Below are positions 63,787 to 64,000 of a stretch of DNA of 64,000 bases, one piece after another. The DNA is from Desulfobacteraceae bacterium (lineage in GTDB: Bacteria; Desulfobacterota; DSM-4660; Desulfatiglandales; Desulfatiglandaceae). The translations under genes and the position numbers were made by a program. Each line of letters starts with the position of its first letter. The stretch's first letter is position 1. The stretch covers positions 14,150 through 78,149 of the forward strand of contig JAUWMR010000002.1 in assembly GCA_030613055.1 (NCBI GenBank), given 5' to 3'. Under the pieces are notes generated by a model, which saw only the letters and a program-made list of their open reading frames with translations, was not told the DNA's origin and did not search any database.

Positions 63787-64000
63787 ATGCATTCGAAAGA
63801 CGAACAATTTAGAGAGTTGGTAAAAATTATCCGTGAGATATCTAATTCTCTTTCTTTCACAATCTTAGAAATCGGAGCACTGCAAATAAAAGACAAAACC
63901 GAACCTTTCCATCAACTGCTGGATTGTTTCCCTGGATCTATGATTATTGCCTTTGAGGTAGATGAAATACTTTGCGAGGAATTAAACAAAAAAGCGAAAC
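63787..64000 (+). CDS. 5' part of a gene running off the right edge; possibly an FkbM-type methyltransferase
   Basis: Open frame from an ATG (GGTGAGG upstream): MHSKDEQFRELVKIIREISNSLSFTILEIGALQIKDKTEPFHQLLDCFPGSMIIAFEVDEILCEELNKKAK. The ILEIGA...IIAFE segment looks like a SAM-methyltransferase motif I/II arrangement. Tentative. Confidence 0.3.
   Translation, partial: MHSKDEQFRELVKIIREISNSLSFTILEIGALQIKDKTEPFHQLLDCFPGSMIIAFEVDEILCEELNKKAK

Overview
Nearly the whole 64 kb window is one large flagellar and chemotaxis locus, almost all on the minus strand. All calls come from reading the translations and DNA by eye. No searches were run, and hand-counted coordinates for non-ORF features may be off by 1-2 nt.

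**Gene content, right to left on the minus strand:**
- Three tandem sigma-54 activator genes: an NtrC-type response regulator, a receiver-less activator, and a FlrB/FlrC-like kinase/regulator pair.
- A fla/che-type super-operon in this order: flgB-flgC-fliE-fliF-fliG-fliH-fliI-fliJ-fliK-flgD-flgE-flbD / motA-motB'-motB-fliL-fliM-fliN-fliO-fliP-fliQ-fliR-flhB-flhA-flhF-flhG-fliA.
- Then flgF-flgG-flgA-flgH-flgI-flgJ(rod-binding)-flgM-flgN.
- Then cheA-cheD-HDOD-cheY-cheX-cheB-flgK-flgL.

**Right-hand end:**
- A signalling operon that appears to belong to the flagellar regulon: CheY-like REC, a small beta-module protein, HDOD, a GAF histidine kinase, a CheX-like protein and a REC-STAS protein.
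- It is convergent with a plus-strand HDOD-hybrid kinase.
- Two TPR-glycosyltransferase genes (GT41-like and GT9-like) lie beside a plus-strand flagellin-flbT-flaF unit.

**Non-coding content:**
- Two MITE-like families, two copies each, with 8-bp target-site duplications.
- Many REP-like palindromic units fill almost every intergenic gap.
- By-eye matches to sigma-54 (-24/-12) and sigma-28 promoters sit at operon heads.

No rRNA, tRNA, CRISPR array or transposase gene was recognised. Gene order, the sigma-54 dependence and the GGGAATGAC-type repeats suggest an uncultured Desulfobacterota- or Nitrospirota-like organism. That cannot be verified from the sequence alone.
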